Source: an uncultured virus (IMG/VR IMGVR_UViG_3300027668_000009) (lineage: Duplodnaviria; Heunggongvirae; Uroviricota; Caudoviricetes). Taken from it: DNA of 57,864 nt. Below the pieces are notes generated by a model that made no database searches, was not told the DNA's origin, and was given only the letters and a program-made list of their open reading frames with translations. The translations under genes and the position numbers were made by a program. Positions 37,601 through 47,065 of the stretch are shown in pieces. Each line of letters opens with the position of its first letter. The first letter of the stretch is position 1. The DNA lies in the IMG/VR virus record IMGVR_UViG_3300027668_000009. One strand, given 5' to 3'.

Positions 37601-38433
37601 ACGAAGGATGTTCCCAATACTGAATCTAAAGTGTGTTTACCTAATGTTAGATTGAATTGTAAACGGTCAGCACCAACTGCGTTTTCGTTTGTTGTTCCCG
37701 AGGCGTTATCTTCTAGAGATGTATCAGCTGATGATGTTACTAATGTTTCAACAATGTCTAAACCCACTCTGAAAGAAGGTGAACCATTGTATTTTTCTAA
37801 CATTAATGTTTGTTTTGCAACCTTGACAAAGAACCCTCTTACGAATACAATACCTTCTGATATTTCTGCAAGAGATGCTCTACCAGTTGGGGACTCTGAT
37901 TTAGGTTGGACTTCGAAATCATTGTTCGATGCTGAATCAGCAGTAACAGTACCATTTGCATCATAACCAACTAACTCTAATGTTTCTGTTGCAGAGAACA
38001 TGAAGTCGGCACTAGCATTAGTACCTTGTTGAACTGGTCTAACAAATAATGTTAGTTTATCTGCAGTAGTTTCTGCAGTAGATGTTACAACTTTTGCAAC
38101 GACACCAGTAGTTTGACCTCTTACATACTTCTCATGAAATGATTCTCTGTATGTTTCTACTGAAGTGTCACCCGCTGAATTTGGGTTTGCAGCTTTTACT
38201 TTAACAAAGTAGATATCCATATCGATGTTCGTTTGAGCACCTTGGATAATTGTTCCCTCTTCGAAGAAATGGTCACCCATTCTTTCAATTTGGTTTTGCA
38301 ATATAGATTGAGACTGAGTTAACTCCCTTGCTTGCAGAGGACGGCCCGCACGATAAAGAACTTTATGGAACTTTTTATCTTCGGAAAAATCGTCGTAATA
38401 AGGTGTTATATTTAAGTCTGTCTTCTCTGCCAT
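31636..38433 (-). CDS. Large virion structural protein (DUF4815/VrlC-like)
   Basis: LNITPYYDDF...FHKVLYRAGRPLQARELTQSQSILQNQ, LARRTFDANGDF, RYTMKDIGKI, KSGFLVDNF, DPLAQSF. Confidence 0.88.
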   Translation of the reverse strand: MAEKTDLNITPYYDDFSEDKKFHKVLYRAGRPLQARELTQSQSILQNQIERMGDHFFEEGTIIQGAQTNIDMDIYFVKVKAANPNSAGDTSVETYRESFHEKYVRGQTTGVVAKVVTSTAETTADKLTLFVRPVQQGTNASADFMFSATETLELVGYDANGTVTADSASNNDFEVQPKSESPTGRASLAEISEGIVFVRGFFVKVAKQTLMLEKYNGSPSFRVGLDIVETLVTSSADTSLEDNASGTTNENAVGADRLQFNLTLGKHTLDSVLGTSFVELSRVNAGVITLKIDKTKYAEIENTLARRTFDANGDFVVSQFTASMRQHLDDGTNLGFYTKNNGGEEARFVFMVSPGKAYVRGYEIDKVGTTTLNIPKARTTESLTGVSAPIRLGNKLRVFNAHGLPEFGNEVGSDVIDPHNPALLHDGLAASAGLNIGTCRIRNVDHVSGVDSSDVYGTDAVFNLYLFDIKMFTKITGTQTNTFVAGDKVTGSVSGASAIVHHIDGSGSSAGLYVHDVQGVFTTSDAITAIGTGNTATITAANNTAIRAYNLDRARSILQTPNVVAREIFKADISLTLDNVVTGTVTMSTGSATVTGFATQFAKELKEGDKLLDQAGTINQVLSVQSETSLTLTAVGSSTYSGNAIRRRAKLYDQNQTANIHSFPRDWVKTHTPLTSKVRRQVSKQVGGTSIQIVTNAGEQFDSRTTDNFAISVREAIGGGYNAGDIINIEDLSPNVTTSGNTQTLTLTVPSGNNTAIIDATYTVIVASPTARGKTLSQARCLKVSLPRSSNGHYGTAYDDKDISFGVADVHKIVAVYEGVDGTPITPNGIITTTSGTFVNYETFIGQTSGARACLIKNGGGTKSYWYYKSTDGEVFSASETVVGQTSLATGTMPLAAGLETGSLDIKDRYFFDNGQRDGYYDLSKLTLKPGQPTPNGPLLIVFDYFRVSGGGDFFDVSSYSTIDYSDIPVYSPNKVDLGGLEPDGTYELSDALDFRPVVGQILGTSSFGTTDNDPSSPVDLSDNSNGAYYAPFGYESGRSFLGARTGITSTGANSVDVPVSGSAVTGNISFYVGRIDKVFLHKKGKFEISQGTPALSPTKPTALDDCIQMFEMKIPPYTNKLSDISVRSFDHRRYTMKDIGKINNRVTNLERITSLSLLEKDTQTKQILDAEGFDRYKSGFLVDNFRGHKIGDVNHPDYNCAIDTKTGMLRPKSFTQFFGVTQNLGASSNYQRTGDMITLPYSEVSYVNQTKASRSINVNPYHVFAFIGNIKLSPDTDIWQDTDRLPDVRVNREGNFDALMSTNANALGTVWNSWQTTWAGEPSTVSSEVQATSNGSWSGDPLQGGEWIAGLQVSRELTDTPEIQTRTGVSTSVVEDFVETRNDRIVSMSLIPFIRTRLITVDATNLKPNSNHYFYFDNINVNKFVRPYSSTYAQTPDSFVEGSSDEDFLTLAANLPLQCKTDGNGRLRAVFVLPNNATQRFPTGQRDFRITSSFYNMANPASQGNAMYTAQGILQASQTEVVSTRNGRVIREDRSATRDFSRRGERLNSEVHDTTAPDLPPVNEIPIDNIPVIIDIFIPEIPIPILIPNIIPNIRFIPPVISLPTPPPLPPAVPFIDRRDFSGLSIDRPLIQILNGGEMRGWGDPLAQSFLVDAQGGMDMTSIDLFFSTKDTFMPCSVQIRNMVNGYPGQIVMPFSDVTKNPADINTSADGSVKTTFTFDSAVHLEQDNEYCFVVYSNSNEYECFISRMGETDIVTAEVISGQPYAGSLFMSQNASTWTAEQTDDLKFNMKVAKYDITKIGNVNFENDAIPATKLQLNPIETFADKKIKVYSYQHGFYDDTSSKDNVTLAGIVADKKNSAVLVTSFSTTGSGTLPADATIDCTNDVHSGGTGSGIKFEVIVASGAVTDVNILKCGQNYTTGDSIVITDMGTGTAEVTVVLGTVEDTLGGCPLSSLNKLHLASTMADRGIDSFRITPSVSSYSFSASYAFDSTIGGGSSATATRNYYFDALHTMIPSVQLKGTIISANVLTTPQYSPEGSINGTVYTRNLTNKFVTLNDNVFMDAPAIVASPENEELNMSSQKSFNLQLQLMSFNPNISPMIDVQTCGCLGIANRINNIDSATSKKVNTTTNSLPSGSVYVPSTESEGDNNVMVYVTRKVNLKTPATSIKVICDVFRPPTTEVKLMYKIIKNDEETLLDDVGFEYFNTTGAPDVATEADARNFKEYEFTVNNLPEFSGFVVKIVGQGQNTSVVPAVTALRCMALA

Positions 38434-38461
38434 AGTCTTTTAGCCTTGTATAAAATGTAAA

Positions 38462-38475
38462 GGGGATTACTCCCC
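38462..38475 (-). terminator. Possible weak terminator after gp8
   Basis: GGGGA-GTAA-TCCCC then TTTACATTTT on minus strand. Confidence 0.5.
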
Positions 38476-38479
38476 AGTA

Positions 38480-39946
38480 TTACATTTCAATAATTAATTT
38501 AATATCTTCTATTTGGTCTGCAGCCCTTGAAACAGCACCACGATTCTCAATGTACATGATGTTGCCAGAGTAATGTTCTACTTCGGGATGTGCAGCAGAT
38601 ACTGCTGAGACGGTACCAATGTTTGCACCAGCCTTATAGACTACGTCAGCATTGGCGAAGTTGAAATACCCACCTTCTGAGTTTGCAACTGGAATGTGAG
38701 ATACCACTGTACCGTTTATAGAAACGATTCTTGATACTGCAGTTCCTGCTACATCTGAGCTTGAATCTGTGATAAGGTCATCGGGAGATAGACCTGTAAC
38801 ACTTGATAGTGTCATCTGAGAATAAGCAGTCATTGAAGTGTCTGAACCTATAATTGTTGTACCATTTTTGAATGGGTCTTGCACCAATCCAATTCTTCTA
38901 AAGTCGTTATCTGTTGGGAAGTCTCCACCACCTTCACCGAACTCAAATCTAGAGTTGATGATTATGTAGTTTCCACCTAATTCTTCTACTGGGTCTGCAC
39001 CGTGTCCAATGATTGGTGATACGATTACCTTAATGACGCCTGATGAACCACCACCGATTCCACTGATACCAGCAACATCGATAGTTGCACGTCTGTATCC
39101 CGAACCTACAGTTGTTACTGTTGCATGTGTGATTGCTCCACTTGATACGTGTACTGAAACTTTACCTAGTGAACCATCTCCGTCGATTGCAACATTTGCG
39201 TATGTACCATCTGTATAACCCGAACCTGCTGAAGTTACAACGGCATGATTTGCTCCACCGTCTACTGCATCTTTTTCAACATCGTACTGTGCTGTAGAAT
39301 CATCTGTTGCTACAGTTCCTAATGCACCGTTAGTACCAGTACCGTAAATCTCTGATTGAGCTCCGATTGTTTTAACTGGGATAAAGTCATTAGTTACGAA
39401 TTTGATTACGTCTGAAGCAGAGATTGAGTACATATATTTCCATACATATCCTCTACCTGTTCCTGCGCCTGAATCTGCAAGTGTTAATAAGGTTGTTGAA
39501 GATGTACCAGTAGGTTTGACGCTTGAGGCAACAACAGCACCATCTGAATCTCTACCAGTTCTTATACATTTGTATACGTTGTACTCTTCTGTCATCACAT
39601 AAAATCTAGAATCGTAAATATTTGAGGCACTAGTTGCAGTGGATGTGTTTGTTGCACTTACATCATGCTGATATTCGTCATAGGTTGTGTTAGTAGTCCA
39701 GTTATATCTGACTAAACCATGAGTTACGTCTGAATTAGGCACCTTCTTAAGTGCAATCATGTCTGACCATGCGTCTAACTCTTCACCAACTGAGTTTGCT
39801 GGTGCAGTAGGAACTGCATCGTTCGGCCAAGCAAATGACCTTCCTATGAATATGTATGTTGAAGAAGCTGTTTCTGCTGATGAGAAGTCTTCTTTGAATT
39901 GTTTCGCATTATGTGTACGAAACTTCTCTGTAATTATAGCTGCCAT
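38480..39946 (-). CDS. gp8: Baseplate wedge subunit
   Basis: MAAIITEKFR, FYVMTEEYNVYKCI, GYVWKYMYSI, GHGADPVEELG, NDFRRIGLVQDP, QIEDIKLIIE. Confidence 0.9.
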   Translation of the reverse strand: MAAIITEKFRTHNAKQFKEDFSSAETASSTYIFIGRSFAWPNDAVPTAPANSVGEELDAWSDMIALKKVPNSDVTHGLVRYNWTTNTTYDEYQHDVSATNTSTATSASNIYDSRFYVMTEEYNVYKCIRTGRDSDGAVVASSVKPTGTSSTTLLTLADSGAGTGRGYVWKYMYSISASDVIKFVTNDFIPVKTIGAQSEIYGTGTNGALGTVATDDSTAQYDVEKDAVDGGANHAVVTSAGSGYTDGTYANVAIDGDGSLGKVSVHVSSGAITHATVTTVGSGYRRATIDVAGISGIGGGSSGVIKVIVSPIIGHGADPVEELGGNYIIINSRFEFGEGGGDFPTDNDFRRIGLVQDPFKNGTTIIGSDTSMTAYSQMTLSSVTGLSPDDLITDSSSDVAGTAVSRIVSINGTVVSHIPVANSEGGYFNFANADVVYKAGANIGTVSAVSAAHPEVEHYSGNIMYIENRGAVSRAADQIEDIKLIIEM

Positions 39947-39977
39947 TTTAATATCTCTCCCGAAATTTTTATAATAC

Positions 39978-39998
39978 TATTTATTAATACTATTTATA
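39978..39998 (-). promoter_or_regulatory. Tandem late promoters (TATAAATA and AATAAATA) in a 13-nt direct repeat
   Basis: taatactatttat occurs twice upstream of gp8. Confidence 0.7.
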
Positions 39999-40001
39999 AC
40001 A

Positions 40002-43000
40002 CTAACCCGACTTAACATAAGCGGAATAGGTTAAATTTGTTCTTTTATTTGCAAAACTCTTCTCATATTCGTCCGAATATCTTCTTGGGAAGTAGTTTTC
40101 GTAGTCACTTATTCTTATACCTTCATATTTAGGTGTTTCAATTAGGACATTTCCAGTACCATTCTCTAAAACTATACCATCATGTCCTTCGAAAGTTAAG
40201 GTTCTATAGTCTGACATGTTAACTGCATGACTCAAAGTGATTTGAGTAGTACTAACTTTGGCTACAATTGTTGGAGCGGTATCTAAATTAGTTCCTAACA
40301 CCTCATCTCCAACTTCAATCCTTGAATTGATTGCTGAACCGAAGTTTACCGTGGTAGAATTAACTACTGGGTTTGAAGTATGTTGTATTAATGTTCCATC
40401 TGAGTCACGATGACCTTCACCTTTCATATAGAAAGACATATCATATGACTGCTGACTTGATAACATATTTAGTCGTCTTAATGTCGTTCCAAAACCGTAA
40501 TTCTGTTCTGAAGCTGCATAAGTTTGAGTTCTTTCTGTTACAAAATACTCTTCTTCTCTTGTTGTTGTTGCATCTTCTAGTTCCATAGAATCATTATCTT
40601 CATATTGCATGATGTCTCCTTCCTCTGCAGCGGTATTCTGTGCATGGGTAGGTTCCATTTGCATGAAGTTATGAATTTGTTCTTGAACTATCTTTGAACC
40701 ATCTTCTAATACTAGTCCTTCATCTCTAAGTGTTTGGACTGAAGTCTGTACTTTACCATCCATAGAAGTTCTTGTTGGTAATGGTATAAGATTTGGTGGT
40801 GTTGATTGGTCATATACGGCACTGTTTATGTTTCCACCAATGCCTGAAATCTCTACGTGGTCTCCGTACTGGTCTGTTGGATATAAGGATACTACAGTTT
40901 CATAAATCGGAACAACCTTCGATGCTTTACCACCCATGTTGTCATGACTCGAACAGAAATAATAAAGAGTAGTTGGTGTTGAACCATCTACAATTAATTG
41001 AGTCATGTTATACAAGTCGGCTGCATTATTATGGGCATAATGTATTACACCAGTTGTGTGAAAGACTCCACCGTTATGTGTTCCTCTATCAGTTGTTGAA
41101 AATTTTAATGGGTGTGCTTTAGGTGTTGTAAAGAAGTATTGATACCCCTGTTGCATAACAAAAGCACCATTGTCATCTGCAATATCCATTACAAATTTAC
41201 CACCGACCACTGTTACATTAACATGTGCATACTTCAGATTAGTATTAAGTCTAGTTGTCTTTCTTACTATTGGCGATGACTTAGAAACGATTCTTGTAAT
41301 GTTTACATGTCGTTGTTGTAATCTAGTTGATACCTGTACTGGGTCTGTTATAACCATTGATGATGAGTCATCAACCTCGTCACCGTCACTATCTTGGACT
41401 CCTGTAACTCTAAGTGTATCTGTGTCAAAAACACCATCTGAAATTGGTGAACCAGCATCATTATAGAATGTTATTGGTGCATTGATTCTCGCAGCTGGAA
41501 TGAATCTCTCATCATTAATCTTACTCTCTGCTCTTGATAGTTCACTGATAAACTTGGTGAGACTTGAATTTGTATAGTCTTCATGACCAAATGGAATTCC
41601 ATCCTCTTGACATATGTGATGCTCTTCATAAAGTTTACCGTCTACTTTAGTCTCAAGAACCAAGTAATCTGTAAGGTATATTTGTATAATTCTTTTTGAT
41701 TCTTTAGAAGTGTGTGCAAAATTGTCTCTAGAGTTTTCATTCTCTAGTAGATGTATGTTTGATGGTGTATATAAGTCATGGTCAATTGCTAATCCATCCT
41801 CAAGAGCAAGATGGTCTTGTCCATCTCTATGAGATGTTTCTAACAGGACATTGTCTGTCGGGTGCAATTGCATTATAACCATAGGCACAAATGTTGATGT
41901 GAGTGCCATTGCATTTTCGGGATTTAGGTCTTCCTCGGAAAATCTTCCATCATAGATAGCCAAGTCTGTAGATTTTACAACGTTTTCAATTGCAACTTCA
42001 CCAAAGAATATATGACCAGCTGGATGTAGTAAATCTTTAACCACACTTCTCCATTTATTAATGGACTCACCAACTTTAACCACATAAGAATGTGATTGGT
42101 ATCTATAGTTATCATGTATGTTGGCTGCAGAAGCATCCAACCAAGATTTGTCACCTAGGAATTGTTCTTGTATTACACCTTCACCACCAAAAGTACCACG
42201 ACCATTATATGGAGTGTCAATTAATACGGTGAATGAGTCCACATTTTCGAATGCACATCTTTCGTTCTCTAAGAATGACCCTTTTAAATTTGTGTACTTA
42301 AGTACGTGTCTGTCTTGGTCATATCTAACAACGGTTGCACTTGCACCCGAGATATCACCAGTAAATTTCAAACCAGTGTTCAAATTTCCAGTTGGAGTGG
42401 TAATCAACATAGGGAATGTTGAAGTAGGACTTGCTACTGCATCTGAATTAAATCTGTTACCTTGGTTTAGTATGTTTAAACTTTCAATTGCACCAATAGT
42501 ATCTGAGTATACAAATAGTTTTGCACCGTTACCTGTTGCAACATTATTGTTAACAATGATGGTTGTTGCTAGAGATGTACCACCTTTGACTAGTTTTGTA
42601 TTTACAAATACACCTGTATGTGTACTGTCTCTTAGGACTGTAATTCTGTTTAAGGATACATCTATTTCTAAAATCCTTGCTGTGGCAGTGGTACTTCCAC
42701 TTTCTATCTGTTGTAATTGTTCACCTACTACCAATCCTGCTACAGATTTAGCAAAGATATGTCCGCCTGGATATGCTTTAGGAAGAGTATGGTAACCAGC
42801 ACCACCGTCTGTAATTACGACTTCTCTAATTCTTCCATCGGTTGATGAATAGTTAATTACTGTACTATCTTCATAAACCATTCTGTAGTATTCGATAACA
42901 ATCTCTACTACATCACCAGCATTTGTTGGTTCTGTGAATACTACTCTATCGTTTTTATGTGAGTAGTCATGAACTGTATGTGAAGTATTAGCCTTTCTTT

Positions 43001-44603
43001 CTATTCCATTTTTGAATACTGTTATTGAGTTATCATTGAAGAATAAACTCTTACCATGAATATCATTACCATTGAAAAGTGTTTGTCCAGCAGTTGCAAT
43101 GTATTCATATTGTCCAAATGTTTCATGGTTTTCTTGGATGACCTCGTCACCTACAGAACCCAATACAGCAGCTGCACCCGAACCTCCAGTGGCAAAATTG
43201 TCAAAGACAATCATCTCTCCACCTTCGTAATTGGTTCCACCTGTTTCTATATAAATCTTTTTAACACCACCTAAAGATAGACCATTAATGGATGTTACTG
43301 CTTCTATAGTATCAGTGTCATCTTTTGCACCAAGGAAGTTAATCTTATCCCCTTGTGAGTACATGGAACCCGCGGTTCCACCTTCCATTAGAACACCGCC
43401 ACCGTCTTCCCATAATAGGTCAAACTCTACAGCTTCTTGTAATAGACTGAACCCATCTTCCTGTAGTACAAGTGACCCATCTTCCAATGCCATTGCACCG
43501 TCTTCAGAATCTACTGAGATGTATGTTGCTGATGCATCATGATTTATAGAATGAACTAGACCTTGTAGAGTTGCAGTCTCGATTGTTATACCGTCTCTGT
43601 CAACTAAGTCAACTAATTTCCCAGCAGTAAATGTTCCTTTATGATTGTCTGTAATCTCTAGTGAGTATTCATCGTTTTCTACAGAAGTAACAAACACTGC
43701 TTCGATAATACTCTCTGCTTGAACTACTGTCTTGGTATCATTTTTATACTCTATTATCTTATCTGTGGCAACTGGAATGTTACCAACCTTTGTCATCTTA
43801 ACATTGACTCTTCTCTTCTGAGAGTAGTTAGAATCGGATGCAAATATAGTTTCGTTATAAGGGTATCGCACCGTTGCATCTTGACCATAGATAAGTCTCA
43901 TTAAGAATTTTAATGAATCTTCTGTACCCTTTTGTTGGTATAGGTCTTTGATGTTTTTGATTGTAAGTCTTTTGTTTACTGTAAGACCCAAATCGAAAGA
44001 TGGTGCTAAATCTTTTTGGAAGTAGTCTAAAAACTCTTCCGTTGTATGGTCGATATCAGAATAATCTAATAGTCGATTGTTTGCGAGAATGCTATTCTCT
44101 TTGTACGATTTTACAGTAGCAGTTTGTCTACCTTGTCGTCCAGTTATGGTTTCACTTTTTGCAAAACCTGTTCCCGATATTGTTTTTATGTATAATGTTT
44201 TACCATTAATTACCGTAATCTCTGCAACTGTTTTAGTCTTAGAACCCACAATATACTCACCAACTGTAAGTGGCATTGCCAATATCTTGTTGTTGCTAGA
44301 GTCTAATTCTGCTTTGTTGTCTTGGGGGTTAGTTGCACTTTGTTCATATCTAATTTTTGACGTTTCTTCGTCGGGTGATGGTGAGACGGTAGCAGTTTCC
44401 AATAACATGGAACCTGTACCGTCTTCATTTAAAACACCATCTATGTCACTCACTACATCGAGTGTTAAGATTTCTGCTTCTAGATATTCAAAGTATGCAT
44501 TGAGGAAAGCCTCAAACATTGGAGACTCTTCCTTCAAATACTCGGGAAGTAATGAAGGAAGTCTCTGACTTAGTTTATCTATAGAATATTCTTGGTGTGA
44601 CAT
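40002..44603 (-). CDS. gp7: Baseplate wedge initiator, expanded
   Basis: LPEYLKEESPMFEAFLNAYFEYLE, IKNIKDLYQQKGTEDSLKFLMRLIYG, YQSHSYVVK...WRSVVKDLLHPAGHIFFGE; between gp6 and gp8. Confidence 0.82.
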   Translation of the reverse strand: MSHQEYSIDKLSQRLPSLLPEYLKEESPMFEAFLNAYFEYLEAEILTLDVVSDIDGVLNEDGTGSMLLETATVSPSPDEETSKIRYEQSATNPQDNKAELDSSNNKILAMPLTVGEYIVGSKTKTVAEITVINGKTLYIKTISGTGFAKSETITGRQGRQTATVKSYKENSILANNRLLDYSDIDHTTEEFLDYFQKDLAPSFDLGLTVNKRLTIKNIKDLYQQKGTEDSLKFLMRLIYGQDATVRYPYNETIFASDSNYSQKRRVNVKMTKVGNIPVATDKIIEYKNDTKTVVQAESIIEAVFVTSVENDEYSLEITDNHKGTFTAGKLVDLVDRDGITIETATLQGLVHSINHDASATYISVDSEDGAMALEDGSLVLQEDGFSLLQEAVEFDLLWEDGGGVLMEGGTAGSMYSQGDKINFLGAKDDTDTIEAVTSINGLSLGGVKKIYIETGGTNYEGGEMIVFDNFATGGSGAAAVLGSVGDEVIQENHETFGQYEYIATAGQTLFNGNDIHGKSLFFNDNSITVFKNGIERKANTSHTVHDYSHKNDRVVFTEPTNAGDVVEIVIEYYRMVYEDSTVINYSSTDGRIREVVITDGGAGYHTLPKAYPGGHIFAKSVAGLVVGEQLQQIESGSTTATARILEIDVSLNRITVLRDSTHTGVFVNTKLVKGGTSLATTIIVNNNVATGNGAKLFVYSDTIGAIESLNILNQGNRFNSDAVASPTSTFPMLITTPTGNLNTGLKFTGDISGASATVVRYDQDRHVLKYTNLKGSFLENERCAFENVDSFTVLIDTPYNGRGTFGGEGVIQEQFLGDKSWLDASAANIHDNYRYQSHSYVVKVGESINKWRSVVKDLLHPAGHIFFGEVAIENVVKSTDLAIYDGRFSEEDLNPENAMALTSTFVPMVIMQLHPTDNVLLETSHRDGQDHLALEDGLAIDHDLYTPSNIHLLENENSRDNFAHTSKESKRIIQIYLTDYLVLETKVDGKLYEEHHICQEDGIPFGHEDYTNSSLTKFISELSRAESKINDERFIPAARINAPITFYNDAGSPISDGVFDTDTLRVTGVQDSDGDEVDDSSSMVITDPVQVSTRLQQRHVNITRIVSKSSPIVRKTTRLNTNLKYAHVNVTVVGGKFVMDIADDNGAFVMQQGYQYFFTTPKAHPLKFSTTDRGTHNGGVFHTTGVIHYAHNNAADLYNMTQLIVDGSTPTTLYYFCSSHDNMGGKASKVVPIYETVVSLYPTDQYGDHVEISGIGGNINSAVYDQSTPPNLIPLPTRTSMDGKVQTSVQTLRDEGLVLEDGSKIVQEQIHNFMQMEPTHAQNTAAEEGDIMQYEDNDSMELEDATTTREEEYFVTERTQTYAASEQNYGFGTTLRRLNMLSSQQSYDMSFYMKGEGHRDSDGTLIQHTSNPVVNSTTVNFGSAINSRIEVGDEVLGTNLDTAPTIVAKVSTTQITLSHAVNMSDYRTLTFEGHDGIVLENGTGNVLIETPKYEGIRISDYENYFPRRYSDEYEKSFANKRTNLTYSAYVKSG

Positions 44604-44617
44604 ATTTTAGTTTAACC

Positions 44618-45091
44618 TTAACTTAAAGTTGCACCAGTAGATGAAACTACGAACCATGAAGTTCCGTTCCACATTAACAATACTGCTTCTCCACGAGTAT
44701 CTAACTTAATTTGCTCTGTACTGTCAGCTGAGTAACCCCAACTTGAAACAGTAATAGCAGCTTTATAAGTTGAAGCTGGTTCTGTTGAAGCAAGAATAAC
44801 TTTTAACTGACCTACGTCTGTTCCGTTATCCAAAGTGAATGCCACATCAGCACTGAATGCAGTACCATCAATGAACGTTGCAAAAGTTGATGCAAGGTTT
44901 GATGCTGTCGCTGTCAATGTTGCAATGTCATCGATTGCAATGTGTGTTGGAATGTTTTCAAACATCTGACCAATGGTCATCTTTTTGTTTACAGGAGTTC
45001 CGCCTGGATTGTCTACTATGTGCAATAAATCATCAGCACCGATTTCTGAATCAGCAACTGCTGTTAAAGCTGTTATTTTCTTGTCTGCCAT
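44618..45091 (-). CDS. Hypothetical virion protein
   Basis: MADKKITALTA...DDLLHIVD start; TLDNGTDVGQLKVI; LMWNGTSWFVV; strong SD. Confidence 0.75.
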   Translation of the reverse strand: MADKKITALTAVADSEIGADDLLHIVDNPGGTPVNKKMTIGQMFENIPTHIAIDDIATLTATASNLASTFATFIDGTAFSADVAFTLDNGTDVGQLKVILASTEPASTYKAAITVSSWGYSADSTEQIKLDTRGEAVLLMWNGTSWFVVSSTGATLS

Positions 45092-45189
45092 TTTTATTTC
45101 TCCTAAAATTGACTAATTTATTATAAACCTCTTTCGAGGAATGCTACTCTAAGCACTGAACCTACAGTCTTAGACCACTCTATGCATAA

Positions 45190-47064
45190 TTAATATGCCG
45201 AGGATGATGTTGATTTATAACCAACTCCAGCACTCGACTCACCACTTGCAATGGTGTCTACCTCACCTGTTACCTTAACATCTATTGGTGCAATATCAAT
45301 TAGATTACCTCTACTTGCTACTACATCATTACCTGCTGGGATAACTGTGAAATCAATCGTTGAATCAGTATTACTTGTAGAAGTAATGTTGATGGCATTG
45401 ATTGTTATTTTTCCATTTGGATAATCCACTGTACCAGCTGTATTGTCCAAATAAACTCTAGCACCACTTGATAAGTAGTACCTTCGGATTACACCTAAAC
45501 CATCATCATCGAAATAGTGAAGGTTAGTTGCGTCTCCTTGAGTATAGAAACCTGTTGTTTGGATGATACCACCACCCACTGAATTATAACCACTGTTAGG
45601 GTTATAGAATCCATTACCAAACGAACTTGTATAACCGAGAGTTTTACCTACGATTACGTTAGTCGCTTTCTTTAATCTGATATTACATGTGTTAGATAGT
45701 ATTGCACTATCTGTTTCATCGATTGCCTTAACAAGATTCGAATGTCTGAATACAGAATCGAAGTTTGCAAGGTTAGTATTATCGAATACATTAATTGCAC
45801 TCGTTACAAGTGTTACCAACTCTCCGTTAGAGTATTGGGTTGCATTCTCATTGTACTTGAATATACATGTTATTAAAATTTTAACTATATCTGCATCAAC
45901 AATAGTAGGTCTTACTGTCAACATGTTCAATGCATTTAGTTTTGTTTGTACTGACTTCTTCTCTGTGTCTGATAGGTAGTCTGAGTTCTTTGGTTTAAGT
46001 GCAATAAACACTTTACCATATTGTGGTGGGTCATTATCTTCTCCACCCCATACTGCAACTGCATCTGCGTTCGGGTAATACTCACTGACCTTTGCTTTGT
46101 AGTCATTCAGTGTTACCAGTCTGTTCTGAGATGTATAGAACTTTGTTGCTTTAAATTTGATTGAGTCTATAGATTCTTTCTCTGCACCACCGCCTGCCTT
46201 GACGACTCTTGTAGTTGTGATATCTGAGAATCCATTGATGTTACTAGTAATTGAGAACTTGTTCGCTCCGTCTGCGTGAGTCACATCAACAACAATGTAA
46301 GTTACTGTTATTGTATCACCATCTTTTAGAGCTGCACCTAGAACACCATCTCCGAAGTATAGTTCTACATACCCCTCTTCGTTTTCTTGAGTGTAGTATA
46401 CTTTAGATGATGTAGTAATTGAAGAGATATTTGTTGACAATGCATAGGTCGATGTCACACCATTAGATGCTACTGTTACAGCAATCTGTTGTTTATCGAT
46501 TCTTGGATTTGATAATACAAATTTAGGATTTGCAATCTGTGTGTCAAAGATAAATGTATCAGTTGAATAGGTTCCTTGAACTAAATTTACATCCGTGTAA
46601 TTGTAAGTAGTTCCGTTCTGAGATGGTCTGACTGTTGAAGTCACAACAAAGTTATAGTTAGTTCCATCATAAACTGTTTGGAAAACTGTTCCTCTTAGTA
46701 ACTGCATCGCTGCAGTAGATGGGGAAGTCCCATCTGAATTGATTACTTTAGAACATGCAACATCAATTGTTGCTACTGAAGCAGTCTCGGAAGCAGGTGT
46801 AAATCCTAAATCCTTTGCACGAGACACTACGTTCTTTCTCATCTGAGCAGAATCTAAGAATAGTTCAGAAGCTGCAATGTTAGTATTTACTGCACCAATG
46901 TGTGATGCATATGCAAGTAGGTCAATCAACACTGACATGTTAGACCCTTCAAAGTCATAATCCTTAAACTTATCTTGACCTTTGAGATACCCTTTTAGAT
47001 TATCTGCAATTGCATCAAAATCTAAATCGGTTACGTTTATTTGTGAACTGTTTGTTGTTGCCAT
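45190..47064 (-). CDS. gp6: Baseplate wedge subunit
   Basis: LDFDAIADNLK, FKDYDFEGSNMSVLIDLLAY, ELYFGDG, QNRLVTLNDY, VWGGEDNDPPQYGKVFI. Confidence 0.95.
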   Translation of the reverse strand: MATTNSSQINVTDLDFDAIADNLKGYLKGQDKFKDYDFEGSNMSVLIDLLAYASHIGAVNTNIAASELFLDSAQMRKNVVSRAKDLGFTPASETASVATIDVACSKVINSDGTSPSTAAMQLLRGTVFQTVYDGTNYNFVVTSTVRPSQNGTTYNYTDVNLVQGTYSTDTFIFDTQIANPKFVLSNPRIDKQQIAVTVASNGVTSTYALSTNISSITTSSKVYYTQENEEGYVELYFGDGVLGAALKDGDTITVTYIVVDVTHADGANKFSITSNINGFSDITTTRVVKAGGGAEKESIDSIKFKATKFYTSQNRLVTLNDYKAKVSEYYPNADAVAVWGGEDNDPPQYGKVFIALKPKNSDYLSDTEKKSVQTKLNALNMLTVRPTIVDADIVKILITCIFKYNENATQYSNGELVTLVTSAINVFDNTNLANFDSVFRHSNLVKAIDETDSAILSNTCNIRLKKATNVIVGKTLGYTSSFGNGFYNPNSGYNSVGGGIIQTTGFYTQGDATNLHYFDDDGLGVIRRYYLSSGARVYLDNTAGTVDYPNGKITINAINITSTSNTDSTIDFTVIPAGNDVVASRGNLIDIAPIDVKVTGEVDTIASGESSAGVGYKSTSSSAY

Positions 47065-47065
47065 C

